From IMG/VR virus record IMGVR_UViG_3300046528_000120, positions 39,100 through 103,099 of that record: DNA of 64,000 bases; one strand, given 5' to 3'. The first letter of the stretch is position 1. Every line of letters starts with the position of its first letter. The notes under the pieces were generated by a model that saw only the letters and a list, made by a program, of their open reading frames with translations, had not been told where the DNA came from and searched no databases. Positions 39,368-48,951 of this stretch are shown piece by piece. This DNA is from a virus (taxonomy: Duplodnaviria; Caudoviricetes). Made by a program: the position numbers and the translations under genes.

Positions 39368-39811
39368 ATGCCACTGACTACGACGCACAACAATTTCATC
39401 GTCGAGGTGATAGTTCCCTCGGCTCCCCCCGTCCCGACAGTCGACGGCGGCGGCAGTTCGACGCTGCGCTTTCCTGCTGCCTATGACCTGGGCGGGCACC
39501 GCATGGTGATCCTCGGCGCCTCCGGACTGGAGTACGCCGATGCCACCAATCACGACCATATCGGTCGCGTTCTCGGCATGACGACGGGCGCGGTTACCGC
39601 CGGCTCGGTCGTCTCGTTGCAATCAATTGCAGAGATGGTCGAACCGCTGTGGAACTGGGACATCTCTAAACTGGTTTATCTGCGCGAGAACGGCTTGCTG
39701 ACCCAAACCCCGCCAGCAGCGCCCGACTACGCTTTCTGTATGGTGATCGGCTTCCCGAAGTCGCCCACCTCTCTGATCCTCAACCCCGGCAATGCCATTA
39801 TCCTCAACTAA
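39368..39811 (+). CDS. Hypothetical virion (decoration/fibre-like) protein
   Basis: LGGHR.V...YADA...LG.T..A...W.W....YL..NG.LTQTPP. Confidence 0.6.
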   Translation: MPLTTTHNNFIVEVIVPSAPPVPTVDGGGSSTLRFPAAYDLGGHRMVILGASGLEYADATNHDHIGRVLGMTTGAVTAGSVVSLQSIAEMVEPLWNWDISKLVYLRENGLLTQTPPAAPDYAFCMVIGFPKSPTSLILNPGNAIILN

Positions 39812-39823
39812 GGAGTAGTACAC

Positions 39824-40426
39824 ATGGGCACCAAATCCTCCACTAAAGTCCTGATCAATCAAGGCGGTCTGCCAACCGAACTGGCCGCGCTGACCACCTC
39901 GGCCGGGGTCGGCGACGCCAACGCAATCCCCGCGCTGAATCCATCCGGCGTGCTCGATACCACACTGCTGAATGGTAAAGTGGTCTCGGCCGGCGCAAGC
40001 GATGCGGGCAAGCCGATCATCACCGACGCCTCGGGCAAGATGGATGTCACCATGCTACCGACTGGCGTCGGCGCGGATACCGGCGTGATCCAGACCACCG
40101 AAGCCCTGGCCGCTGGCGACTTCGTCAACGTCTACAACAATGCGGGCAGCGGTGCATGCCGCAAGTCCGACGCCAACGGCAAGCGCGCGCACGGCTTCGT
40201 CAAGCAGGCCTACGGCTCCGGCGTGGCGGCCACGGTCTATTTCGAGGGTACCAACGACCAAGTCACCGGCATGACCCCCGGAGATGTGTTCCTGTCGGCG
40301 ACGCCGGGCAAAGCCGCCACTGCTGCGCCTACCGGCGCCGGTATCTTGTGCCAGAACATTGGCTTCGCCATCTCGGCAACGTCGGTGAACTTCCAGAACA
40401 ACAATCCGATTGTGCAGGCGGCCTAA
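39824..40426 (+). CDS. Hypothetical virion (decoration/fibre-like) protein
   Basis: AAGGAG RBS; EAL.AGD.V...A.GFV...FLS..PG; C-terminal pattern resembles the preceding ORF. Confidence 0.65.
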   Translation: MGTKSSTKVLINQGGLPTELAALTTSAGVGDANAIPALNPSGVLDTTLLNGKVVSAGASDAGKPIITDASGKMDVTMLPTGVGADTGVIQTTEALAAGDFVNVYNNAGSGACRKSDANGKRAHGFVKQAYGSGVAATVYFEGTNDQVTGMTPGDVFLSATPGKAATAAPTGAGILCQNIGFAISATSVNFQNNNPIVQAA

Positions 40427-40429
40427 TAC

Positions 40430-40960
40430 ATGGACGCCCAACAACAAGCGGCCCTGGAAGGGCTTATTGGTCGCTCGTTGACGGCAGACGAGGTGACGGG
40501 AATTGTTCCCCACCTCGCAGCCCGCAACGATGTCAAGATCGCGGCGATCCTGTCGGCAGGCAGGATCAAACTCAAACCTCGCACCATCACAGAGCGCGGC
40601 GTGCGCAACTGCGGCCTGGGCATAACCCAGACCTCGCGGTTCTTGCGCATGCTCAGAGAGCTGAAGGCCAGCACGCCAGACTGGCTAGGGCCACTACTGA
40701 CCAGCGTCGGTGTCCCGGACGACCAGCATGCGGACTACGCGGATACCCTGGCGTCCGCCTACGACTGGCTCTGCCAGGAAGCCGGTATCGACATCGGCAC
40801 CGAGACCGCGCGCCAGATGCTTGACCTGCTGGCGCACGCCCCAGGCGATCACACCCAGATCGTAGGTACGATCAAGGCATTGGCCGAAGAGCTGGACCCG
40901 ATCAACTACAACGCTGTGTCCGACGCGCTGAACATTGCCGAAGGGAGGATGACGCTATGA
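40430..40960 (+). CDS. Hypothetical protein
   Basis: 176-aa ORF in the same operon. Confidence 0.65.
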   Translation: MDAQQQAALEGLIGRSLTADEVTGIVPHLAARNDVKIAAILSAGRIKLKPRTITERGVRNCGLGITQTSRFLRMLRELKASTPDWLGPLLTSVGVPDDQHADYADTLASAYDWLCQEAGIDIGTETARQMLDLLAHAPGDHTQIVGTIKALAEELDPINYNAVSDALNIAEGRMTL

Positions 40961-41400
40961 GCGGCGAAGCAATCGTAGTATATGGTGCCAAGAAGGTGTT
41001 GAAGTCTGCTGGCGCCCTGTTAGCAAACAACGCGCTCTTGCAGGCAGACGATGCTACCTATGACGTGACTGTCGATGGCGTCGGCTATCCCGACGCTATC
41101 TTCACCCTGTCCGGCCAGTTTGCAACAGCACCGACCGAGGGCACGGTCATATCGGTATTCGCTCGCCCACTGGCCATCGACGGCACGAACGACTCGGAGA
41201 TACCGGAAGCTGCCCGACCGACCCGCTTCATCGGCGCGTTCGTCGTCAACAACGTGACCACGTTGCAGGCGATGGAGCTACTGGCCGTTGATCTTCCGCG
41301 CAAGGCTTCCTACTACCTGATGAACTCCGGTACTGGACAGTCGTTATCCGCCGGCTGGCAGTTGTCGGTGTACCCACGCACCTACAAGATGGCCCCGTAG
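40957..41400 (+). CDS. Hypothetical virion protein
   Basis: GGAGG RBS; beta-rich. Confidence 0.65.
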   Translation: MSGEAIVVYGAKKVLKSAGALLANNALLQADDATYDVTVDGVGYPDAIFTLSGQFATAPTEGTVISVFARPLAIDGTNDSEIPEAARPTRFIGAFVVNNVTTLQAMELLAVDLPRKASYYLMNSGTGQSLSAGWQLSVYPRTYKMAP

Positions 41401-41401
41401 T

Positions 41402-42397
41402 ATGCCACGCCATTTCCTACCGCGCCGGAATACCCCGCAGCCATCGGTACCTATGCCGGTGGACTGGACCAACCCGCTCGCGCGCGATCTCGTCTTCGCA
41501 ACCTACGCGACGGATAGCAAGGCGTTCGTGGACATGGTCACCGGGCGTGTTACGAACGACCCATTCGCCCCTGACTTCAGCTTCAAGAACGTCTCCTATA
41601 CCAAGGCCGGGCGCGGGCGCAGCACCAATGGCGGCAGCTACCGCAACACCTTTACCACTCGGCCCACTGCTCCTGGCGGCGCGGGGGTACGCGGCGGGCA
41701 GCAGACCACCCTGGTTATCTGCCGGCCGCGCTTGGTACCTTCTACTGCATACAGCGTTGCGTGGGCCGGCTCGATTGACGGCTGGTTCATGGGTAAGATC
41801 AGCTTCACCACCGATGGCTATATCGACGCTGGCGTCACCAACGGACCATCGCTCAAGTCTGACCTACCATTCACACTGAATGAAATCTACACCATCGTAG
41901 CGGTCAACGACGTTCCAGGTAACGCCAGCTTGGCGGACAACGCCGGGCAGAATGCGTCGAACGGTCAGTGGTTCTTTCTGAACGGTGTCAAGCAGCAGGC
42001 TACCAGCAACTACACTGGCATGCGCGGCAAGACCATGGACCAAGTAGGTATCGGCACCTTCACGTCCAACATGGTCGACGTACTGGCCGTCTTCGTGTGG
42101 GAGCGCGCGCTAGACCCGGAAGAAGCCCGCGCCGTCACGAACAATCCCTATCAAGTGTTCAGTACCCGCGCAGGTATCTGGTTGCCGCGCTCCGTGCAGC
42201 AGGCATTGGTGCAGCGCCGTGGTCTGGCCCGCATCGGCAGTGACTCGCTCGTAGAGCTATCGGCAGGCTCTGGCCGCAAGCCGCTGGTCCTGGTCAACGG
42301 TGAGATACGCGAGCGTACCGCCAGCGAGGGGCCACCCATCGTGCTCGTCAACGGCCAGTTGCGCACGCTCGGGGCAGGGGAGACCCTAGTGTACTAG
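41402..42397 (+). CDS. LamG/concanavalin-A-like lectin domain protein
   Basis: VDW.NPLA..L...FLNG.....IG.......V.VW.RAL...E......PY. Confidence 0.6.
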   Translation: MPRHFLPRRNTPQPSVPMPVDWTNPLARDLVFATYATDSKAFVDMVTGRVTNDPFAPDFSFKNVSYTKAGRGRSTNGGSYRNTFTTRPTAPGGAGVRGGQQTTLVICRPRLVPSTAYSVAWAGSIDGWFMGKISFTTDGYIDAGVTNGPSLKSDLPFTLNEIYTIVAVNDVPGNASLADNAGQNASNGQWFFLNGVKQQATSNYTGMRGKTMDQVGIGTFTSNMVDVLAVFVWERALDPEEARAVTNNPYQVFSTRAGIWLPRSVQQALVQRRGLARIGSDSLVELSAGSGRKPLVLVNGEIRERTASEGPPIVLVNGQLRTLGAGETLVY

Positions 42398-42432
42398 CAC
42401 CCGATGTTGAAATTAATTGCAGCACGCCCGCA

Positions 42433-42462
42433 TTGCCAGTGAGCAACTTGTTCAACTACAAT
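42433..42462 (+). promoter_or_regulatory. Putative lysis-cassette promoter overlapped by an 11-bp inverted repeat
   Basis: TTGCCA-18 bp-TACAAT; CGCCCGCATTG (42425-42435) / CAATGCGGGCG (42459-42469). Confidence 0.5.
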
Positions 42463-42524
42463 GCGGGCGCTGTTGTTACTAGGGATAAGACACAAATTGA
42501 TCAACCATAAATCGACTGAAAGCA

Positions 42525-43007
42525 ATGACGACCATGGGACAAGGTGAAACGATCCGCGCGAAGGGCGCGCTTTCCGGCTTCCTCACAAATAGCCGCTTTT
42601 TCTATGTAAGCCGGAGCGTTTTCTGGCAGGCGCATCCCACGACAATCCGGCTGTTGCTAGGACTGGCGTCGCTGGGGTGGTTCCTGTGTATCGCGACGGA
42701 CGTGCGCACCTTGTACAACACCAACTACCGCTATATGTGGTCGATTATGCCGATGGAAGTATGGGGCACGCTTTTCTTCCTGCACTTCGTCGGCACCTTC
42801 TGGCGCATCTTTGATCCGGCGCCGCGTGTACGCTGGGCACTGTTCTTCAACATGCTCGGTTGCTTTTTATGGTTCACCATGACGATTGCCACCAACTCAG
42901 CGGCCGGCGTAGTCATTCCAGGCAGCTGCCTGGAAATTGTTACCTGTGCGTTCGCCGCCTGGGCTTTGATACGAACTGGACTCGGAAAGGATGTGCGGAC
43001 GCCATGA
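42525..43007 (+). CDS. Multi-pass membrane protein (holin/antiholin candidate)
   Basis: About four hydrophobic segments; first gene of the lysis cassette. Confidence 0.6.
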   Translation: MTTMGQGETIRAKGALSGFLTNSRFFYVSRSVFWQAHPTTIRLLLGLASLGWFLCIATDVRTLYNTNYRYMWSIMPMEVWGTLFFLHFVGTFWRIFDPAPRVRWALFFNMLGCFLWFTMTIATNSAAGVVIPGSCLEIVTCAFAAWALIRTGLGKDVRTP

Positions 43008-43480
43008 ACGACAACACCAAAGCGGAAGTGATTGCAGATTCCAATCAGCTTACGTTGCCGAACGGTCTGGTCAATGGCGGTAGCGTCATTGGTGCAGCCG
43101 CCACCTTGGTCGTCGGCTTCCTCGCGCTGCGTAAGCGCTGGTCGCGTGACAACCTCGAACTCACGAAGGACCGTGCGGAAACCAATCTCATCGACGCTTT
43201 GGAGAAACGCATTGTTGACCTGCGGGCTGACAACCAACGCCTGGATGAGAACGCCCGCGAGGCATGGCGGCACCGCGCGGAGGACGCCAAGAAGATCGGC
43301 GAACTCAGCTCGAAGGTCGAAAGCCTGACGGCGGTCAATGTGCACATGGAGAAGCAGATGGCGGCGATGATCGTGATCTTCCGCCAGATGCTCCCGGAGC
43401 ACCTGCGCACCGCGTTCGATCAGCAGTTTGCTTTTTTAACCCCGGCCTCGGCACCTGCCCCGGCCACCACCACGGAGTAA
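43004..43480 (+). CDS. Single-TM coiled-coil protein (lysis cassette)
   Basis: TM helix followed by a long heptad region. Confidence 0.6.
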   Translation: MNDNTKAEVIADSNQLTLPNGLVNGGSVIGAAATLVVGFLALRKRWSRDNLELTKDRAETNLIDALEKRIVDLRADNQRLDENAREAWRHRAEDAKKIGELSSKVESLTAVNVHMEKQMAAMIVIFRQMLPEHLRTAFDQQFAFLTPASAPAPATTTE

Positions 43481-43482
43481 AG

Positions 43483-43833
43483 ATGATCTACAAAACCCTG
43501 AGCCAAAAAGTCATGCGCGAGAGCATGCGCGTCGTCGTCATGGTCCTGATCGGCATGGCACTGATCCACTTCAGCCCGATCCTGGCGCTGGGCGTCGGCG
43601 TCCCCGCGTTCTCGCCGTGGGGCCTGTTCGTCGGCGGCATGATGCTGGCTGCTGCAATCTCTCACGTCATGCGCCGGCTCTTGTTCCCACGCCTCGACTT
43701 GCAAGCGATTGCAATCCGCGCGGTCGGAGAACGGCATGAAGACGGCAACTTGCCCGCCGCCATCGTGTTCGCCTCGATCTGCGCCATCCTCGGCTTGCTG
43801 TTGTATTTGAACGCATCGCTATTGCGGATGTAA
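43483..43833 (+). CDS. Holin-like 3-TM protein
   Basis: GGAG RBS; three TM helices; upstream of the endolysin. Confidence 0.6.
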   Translation: MIYKTLSQKVMRESMRVVVMVLIGMALIHFSPILALGVGVPAFSPWGLFVGGMMLAAAISHVMRRLLFPRLDLQAIAIRAVGERHEDGNLPAAIVFASICAILGLLLYLNASLLRM

Positions 43834-43854
43834 GGAATCTGGACTCAACCCCCG

Positions 43855-43885
43855 GCCCCGCGTTATCGTGGGGCTTTTCTTTTTC
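43855..43885 (+). terminator. Putative terminator
   Basis: GCCCCGCG-TTAT-CGTGGGGC-TTTTCTTTT. Confidence 0.6.
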
Positions 43886-43898
43886 TAGGAGGCAATAA

Positions 43899-44657
43899 AT
43901 GGGAACACCACGGAGCTGCCGACTTTGCCAATTCGTGGGCACAGTCATGGCACTACTAGGCATCGTCGTCATCCTCGCACTGGCGGTGCTGCACGACCTC
44001 AACCGCCCGCTGCACGCGGCCGAGCTGCCGGCCAACGCTAAGCTGTACCTACCGATCCTGCAAGTGGAGCAGAAGAAGCTGGCACCAACCATGCCGATGC
44101 CGGAATGGCAGGCAGCGCGCACGCACAAGGAGACCTGCATCACCGCCAAGCACCCGAAATGCTGGAGTCCATTCGCCGAGCTGAAGACCGAGCGCGAGTA
44201 CGGCTTTGGCCTGGGCCAGTTCACCGTTGCCTACACCAAGACCGGCGCGGTGCGCTTCAACACCTTCGAGGAAATGAAGCAGAAGGATCGGCGGCTCGCC
44301 GGCTGGGCCTGGGAGAAGCGCTTCGACCCGGTGATGCAGATCGACGCCCTTCTGATCAAGGACAATATCCTCTATGGCAACGTAGTAGGGGCCGCAACGA
44401 CCCTGGACCGAATCGCCTTCACCCTCGTGGGTAACAACGGCGGGGCCGCCAGTGTCCTCTATGATCGCCGCCTATGCCAGGGCACCAGGGGCTGTGACCA
44501 GTCGCGCTGGTTCGGCAACGTCGAACTGTACTCCGGCAAGTCGCGCACTGTCATGCCAGGATACGGCCGAAGTCTATACGAGATCAGCCGCGACTACCCG
44601 CGCGACATCATCAACCGGCTTATGCCGCTCTACAAACCGTACTACCTGGGGAACTGA
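43899..44657 (+). CDS. Endolysin, lytic transglycosylase/lysozyme-like, with N-terminal TM or SAR anchor
   Basis: KET...CW.P.A.LKT.RE.G.GLGQ.T...NNGG...W.G.VE...Y; hydrophobic N-terminus. Confidence 0.8.
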   Translation: MGTPRSCRLCQFVGTVMALLGIVVILALAVLHDLNRPLHAAELPANAKLYLPILQVEQKKLAPTMPMPEWQAARTHKETCITAKHPKCWSPFAELKTEREYGFGLGQFTVAYTKTGAVRFNTFEEMKQKDRRLAGWAWEKRFDPVMQIDALLIKDNILYGNVVGAATTLDRIAFTLVGNNGGAASVLYDRRLCQGTRGCDQSRWFGNVELYSGKSRTVMPGYGRSLYEISRDYPRDIINRLMPLYKPYYLGN

Positions 44658-44659
44658 AG

Positions 44660-45403
44660 ATGGAAGCACAAGAGAACAAAGTAACCGCATGCACGCTGCC
44701 GCCGCCCGGCTGGACTTGCAAGCTCGCCGATGGTCACGATGGCCCTTGCCCCGCCATCCCCACGCCACCCCCGCCCCCGCCGCCGACGCGCATCGTGAAG
44801 GACGGCATCGAAATCCCGCAATTGCAATTGATTGCAAAGAAGGCCAGCGCGATCCCGGACCACGTCGCGGTCTACCTGATCCTGATCCTCATGGTAGCCG
44901 GCGCCTGGATGTTCGGAACGCTGCACGGCCAGGACGAGATGAAGGCGCACTATGCGCAGGTGATCAAGTACATGGGCGTGCAGCACGACAAGGCGCTTGC
45001 GCAGCAGACCGAGGAATCGAACAAGGCCAATGCCGATCTGCACGAGAAGCTAATGAAGGCCCAGAACCAGAAAGCCCAAACCCGTACCATCATCAAGGAG
45101 GTAAAAACCTATGTTACGCAAAAGTCTGACGCTGCTTGCACTATCCCTGTTGGCTTTGTCTGGATGTACGACCAAAGTCTTGCCCCAGAGGCCGCTGGCA
45201 TGGCCGGAGGTCGACCCGCTGATGTTGAAGCCCCGAGCGGCGTTGCGCTCTCTGCCGTCGCCGAAACCGCAGCCAGCAACAACGCCGAGTGCGTCGAGCG
45301 CGGAGCCGTCATCCAGTCCTGGCAAGAATGGTACGTCCGCAACAAAGACATCTACGAGCGCGCCGCCAAGCTGATGAACAAAGCGGTGGACGGCATCAAG
45401 TAG
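44660..45403 (+). CDS. Rz-like inner-membrane spanin with Cys/His N-terminal extension
   Basis: TM helix plus coiled coil, IIKEV..YV.....C.IP.GF; carries a nested lipoprotein gene. Confidence 0.75.
   Translation: MEAQENKVTACTLPPPGWTCKLADGHDGPCPAIPTPPPPPPPTRIVKDGIEIPQLQLIAKKASAIPDHVAVYLILILMVAGAWMFGTLHGQDEMKAHYAQVIKYMGVQHDKALAQQTEESNKANADLHEKLMKAQNQKAQTRTIIKEVKTYVTQKSDAACTIPVGFVWMYDQSLAPEAAGMAGGRPADVEAPSGVALSAVAETAASNNAECVERGAVIQSWQEWYVRNKDIYERAAKLMNKAVDGIK
45111..45374 (+). CDS. Rz1-like outer-membrane spanin lipoprotein, nested in a different frame
   Basis: AAGGAGG RBS; signal peptide with lipobox LSGC; Pro-rich mature part. Confidence 0.8.
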   Translation: MLRKSLTLLALSLLALSGCTTKVLPQRPLAWPEVDPLMLKPRAALRSLPSPKPQPATTPSASSAEPSSSPGKNGTSATKTSTSAPPS

Positions 45404-45445
45404 CCTTGCTAGACTGCGGCTCCCTATCACTACATGGAGTAAGAC

Positions 45446-45646
45446 ATGACCAAATCAGTGCGCATCGTCAACGCCGACACCTCCAACTTCAAGGTCCGCG
45501 TGCACGCCGAGCAGAAGGATGCCGAGGGCAACTGGAAGAAGGTCGAGGGTTCGGAGAAGCACCTGAACAACCCGGCCGATCTCACCACCGACTACCTGAC
45601 CTCGCATCGCCGTCTGGTCGTCGAAGAAGTGGTCACGCCGGCCTAA
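45446..45646 (+). CDS. Small hypothetical protein
   Basis: GGAG RBS; biased codons. Confidence 0.65.
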   Translation: MTKSVRIVNADTSNFKVRVHAEQKDAEGNWKKVEGSEKHLNNPADLTTDYLTSHRRLVVEEVVTPA

Positions 45647-45664
45647 GCCAGCCCCACCTAATAT

Positions 45665-45702
45665 AGCCCCGGTCGCCGCAAGGTCACCGGGGTTTTTCTT
45701 TA
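45665..45702 (+). terminator. Rho-independent terminator ending the late region
   Basis: AGCCCCGGT...ACCGGGGTT followed by T-rich run. Confidence 0.75.
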
Positions 45703-45719
45703 ACTGGTCCCGTTTTGAA

Positions 45720-45776
45720 TTGACATAATAGCGAAACAGGCGCATACTTCAATCGTCGGTTTGCAATTGATCGCAA
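45720..45776 (+). promoter_or_regulatory. Sigma70 promoter with a motif copy just downstream of the predicted start site
   Basis: TTGACA(45720)-17 bp-CATACT(45743); TTGCAATTGATCGCAA at 45761-45776. Confidence 0.75.
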
Positions 45777-45835
45777 CGACATGGCCTCGATACGGCCGGG
45801 CAATTTCGCCCCTCTCACATAAAAGGAAGAACAAC

Positions 45836-47530
45836 ATGCTGCAAAGCACGCAAGAGAACTCTGAAGCCGCGTTGATGAAGGACATCTATCGCTTGTCGGA
45901 TTCGGGCGTTTCAGTCGTCCAGATTCGCAGCCGCGAAACGGTGCGCACCGCAATGGTCCTGCGCCGCAACCTTTGCAACGAGCACAACGGCTACCAGGAA
46001 TGGGATGTGGTCAACGGCTTCCGCACCTTCACCGCCGAAAACCTCACCGAGAACCTGAAGAACACAGGCAAGCAGATGGACTTCCCGGCCGCCCTCGGCG
46101 TCCCGTTGGCCGAACTGCGCAAGACCGGCTCGACCATCAACGCGGACCGTCAGAAAGTGCACTACTTCGTGTACCTCGATGCGCACCCCTTCATCCGCAA
46201 CAACCCGTACTGCGTCTCGATGATCCAGCAGTACGCCTCGATCCTGCCCTCAGTCAACGTCTGCGTGATCTTCGTCACCCCGGAAATCGCAATCGACGAT
46301 GTCCAGGCCGGCACGATGGTCGTGGCCGACATGCACACCCCGAACGTCTCCGAGCTGGTCGCCGTCCTGGGCCGCCTCATTGACGGCGCGGAGCATGACT
46401 TCCCGGACGGCGTTGACGTGTCCGACGAGGACATGCAGCAGATCGCACAGATGGGCCTGGGCCTGACCATCTACGAGTTCGAGACCCACGCCGCTCTGGC
46501 GATGATCGGGGCTACCATGGGCGAGGATCGCGCCACCGTCTTGACCAAGGACATCCTGCTCGAAGGCATCGCGGTGGGCAAGACGGAGGTCGTCAAGCAG
46601 TCGGAAATCCTCGAACTGTATGCGACCGTCGATATGTCGGAAGTCGGCGGCATGAAGCGCCTCAAGGACTGGGTGGACAGCCGCAAGAACTGCTTCACCG
46701 AAGAGGCCAAGGACTTCGGTATCGAGCCGCCGAAGGGCGCGGTGGTCGTCGGCGTGCCCGGCACCGGTAAGAGCCTGATCGCGAAAGCCATTGCCTCTAC
46801 CCTCGGCATCCCGCTGGTCCGCCTCGACATGGGCCGCGTGTTCTCCAAGTTCGTCGGCGACTCCGAGAGCCGCATGCGGGCCGCGCTGAAGATGGTCGAG
46901 ACCATGGCGCCCTGCGTCCTCTTCTCGGACGAGATCGACAAGGGCCTGGGCGGCGCGGGCGGTGGCGGCGACTCCGGTACTTCGTCCCGCGTGCTCGGCA
47001 CCTTCCTGACGTGGCTCAATGACTGCAAGGCACCGGTCTTCAACATGGTCACCGCCAACAAGATCGACGGCCTGCCGCCCGAACTCCTGCGCAAGGGTCG
47101 CTTCGACCAGATTTTCGCGGTTGGTCTCCCGAATGCCGGCGAGCGCAAGGAAGTCCTGGACATCCACCTCCGCAAGCGTGGTCACGAGATCGTCTTCGAC
47201 CGCCAGCAATGGGCGCGCTTCACCGAGAAGAGCAACGGCTACGTACCGGCCGAGATCGAGCAGGCCGTGAAGGACGCCCTGATCACCGCGTTCAACTCCG
47301 AATCGAGCATCGGTATGGATCACATCATCCAGGCGCTGGAAGAGATGGTGCCGATGTCACGCTCGAACGCCGAGAAGATCAACGCCATGCTCGACTGGGC
47401 GCGTAACAACGCGATCCCGGTCAACTATGAGGCCGACGAGGGCGCAGAGCCGAGCGCCCCTGGCGATGCCCCTTCCGCGTCGGCGTCCACGCCGCCGGCC
47501 CGCCGCACCCGTACCACTCGCCGCGCATAA
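45836..47530 (+). CDS. Ycf46-like AAA+ ATPase
   Basis: W....G N-domain; VGG...LK.W; PKG....GVPGTGKS (Walker A); LFSDEIDK (Walker B); TAN....LPPELLRKGRFD. Confidence 0.88.
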   Translation: MLQSTQENSEAALMKDIYRLSDSGVSVVQIRSRETVRTAMVLRRNLCNEHNGYQEWDVVNGFRTFTAENLTENLKNTGKQMDFPAALGVPLAELRKTGSTINADRQKVHYFVYLDAHPFIRNNPYCVSMIQQYASILPSVNVCVIFVTPEIAIDDVQAGTMVVADMHTPNVSELVAVLGRLIDGAEHDFPDGVDVSDEDMQQIAQMGLGLTIYEFETHAALAMIGATMGEDRATVLTKDILLEGIAVGKTEVVKQSEILELYATVDMSEVGGMKRLKDWVDSRKNCFTEEAKDFGIEPPKGAVVVGVPGTGKSLIAKAIASTLGIPLVRLDMGRVFSKFVGDSESRMRAALKMVETMAPCVLFSDEIDKGLGGAGGGGDSGTSSRVLGTFLTWLNDCKAPVFNMVTANKIDGLPPELLRKGRFDQIFAVGLPNAGERKEVLDIHLRKRGHEIVFDRQQWARFTEKSNGYVPAEIEQAVKDALITAFNSESSIGMDHIIQALEEMVPMSRSNAEKINAMLDWARNNAIPVNYEADEGAEPSAPGDAPSASASTPPARRTRTTRRA

Positions 47531-47542
47531 GGAGAGACTGTC

Positions 47543-48160
47543 ATGGAATCCGGTAACATCGAAGTGCATGTCGGCCACGGCAAAGCCACGCTCAAGACCT
47601 GCACCATCCAGATGTCGTCGTTCAAGGTCGGCAAGCCTTGGAACCGCGAACCCGCCCAAACCAGCGGACGCCGCCGCCCCTTCACTGCTACCCAGCAGAA
47701 CGTTGGCGCGCATGGCACCGTGAATGGCGTGGTCTACTCCGATACGGTCGGGCACGATCCGAACACGATCCTGTTGCTGACCTCATCGCTGAGCCGTGGC
47801 GGCATGTCGGCTTCGGACGGCGCGGTGATCTTGCGCTTGCGCCCTGGCGCGGCCACGCTGAACATCGGCGCCAGGCTGCCGCCAGCCAGCGACAACTACC
47901 TCGGAACCCGCTTCTGCATGTTCCAGGGTATGGCCGATATTCTGTCGGTCGAAGAGGCGGAATTGCTCGGCATCCGCATCCCCGCTGGCTACGTCGACAA
48001 GTTCTTCGACATTGCCCAGATCGAGGAACGCTTCGACGTGATGGAGATGTCGCCGGCCTCTATCGCTCAACCGGAATTGCAGGTTGTTTCGACCGGCAAC
48101 GGGCAGCAGATTGTGGAGGTTGCTGCCACCCCGCATCGCCGCTTGAACTTCCGGCGATAG
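47543..48160 (+). CDS. Hypothetical protein in the AAA operon
   Basis: AAGGAG RBS; 205 aa. Confidence 0.7.
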   Translation: MESGNIEVHVGHGKATLKTCTIQMSSFKVGKPWNREPAQTSGRRRPFTATQQNVGAHGTVNGVVYSDTVGHDPNTILLLTSSLSRGGMSASDGAVILRLRPGAATLNIGARLPPASDNYLGTRFCMFQGMADILSVEEAELLGIRIPAGYVDKFFDIAQIEERFDVMEMSPASIAQPELQVVSTGNGQQIVEVAATPHRRLNFRR

Positions 48161-48250
48161 CGCAAATAGCTGGAAATCCCCAGGTCGCGTGGGGCCGTAT
48201 AATAGCGGCTCCACCACCGAATAAATTCTCAACCTTTTGGAGAAATAACC

Positions 48251-48712
48251 ATGTCGCACACCACTGCCATCAAGGGCGTGAACATCACCAACATCGACGC
48301 TCTGCGCGCCGCCATCGAAGAGCTGGCCGAGAAGGGTATCAAGATCAACCTGACCGAAGGCGGCACCCCGCGCTCGTACTACTCGGCCCACGGCCGTGAG
48401 CAGGAAGGCATGGGCAAGGCGGACTTCGTCATCGGTCTGGCCGACGCCGCCTACGACATCGGCCTGTACCTCGGCGAGGACGGCGTCTACGAGGCCCGCA
48501 CCGATTTCTGGAACTACAACGTCAAGAGCGTGGAGAGCGTCCTGGGCGCCGCCGCGTCGGCCCCGGAGTACGAGACCCAAGCCAAGATGGGCAAGCTGTT
48601 CCAGGCCTACGCCATCCACGCTACCCTGGCCACGGCGCGCATGCAAGGCAAGAGCGTCCAGCGCATCACCAAGAAAGACGGCACCGAGCAACTGGTCGTC
48701 GCCGGCTTCTAA
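48251..48712 (+). CDS. DUF1257 (Ycf35-like) protein
   Basis: MSH.T.IK...I.....L..A..EL...YDIG......Y....D.W...L.Q.YA......A..QG.......DG..QL.V. Confidence 0.8.
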   Translation: MSHTTAIKGVNITNIDALRAAIEELAEKGIKINLTEGGTPRSYYSAHGREQEGMGKADFVIGLADAAYDIGLYLGEDGVYEARTDFWNYNVKSVESVLGAAASAPEYETQAKMGKLFQAYAIHATLATARMQGKSVQRITKKDGTEQLVVAGF

Positions 48713-48741
48713 TCGTTGCAATCAATTTCAAAGGAACTGAC

Positions 48742-48936
48742 ATGAAAAACCTCGTGATCAACATCAAACCGGATGGCTCGACCGTGGTCGAAGCGAATGG
48801 CTTCCAGGGCGTCGGGTGCAAGGACGCCAGCAAGGTGTTCGAGATGGCCGTGGCTGGTCCCGGCGGCGACACCGACACCAAGCCGAAGCCGGAGTTTTAT
48901 CAGGCCAACGGCTCGCTTAACACTGCCAGCAACTAA
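48742..48936 (+). CDS. DUF2997-like protein
   Basis: I.I.PDG...VE..G..G..C...S...E.........KPEFY. Confidence 0.8.
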   Translation: MKNLVINIKPDGSTVVEANGFQGVGCKDASKVFEMAVAGPGGDTDTKPKPEFYQANGSLNTASN

Positions 48937-48951
48937 GTAAGGTCGCCCGCT

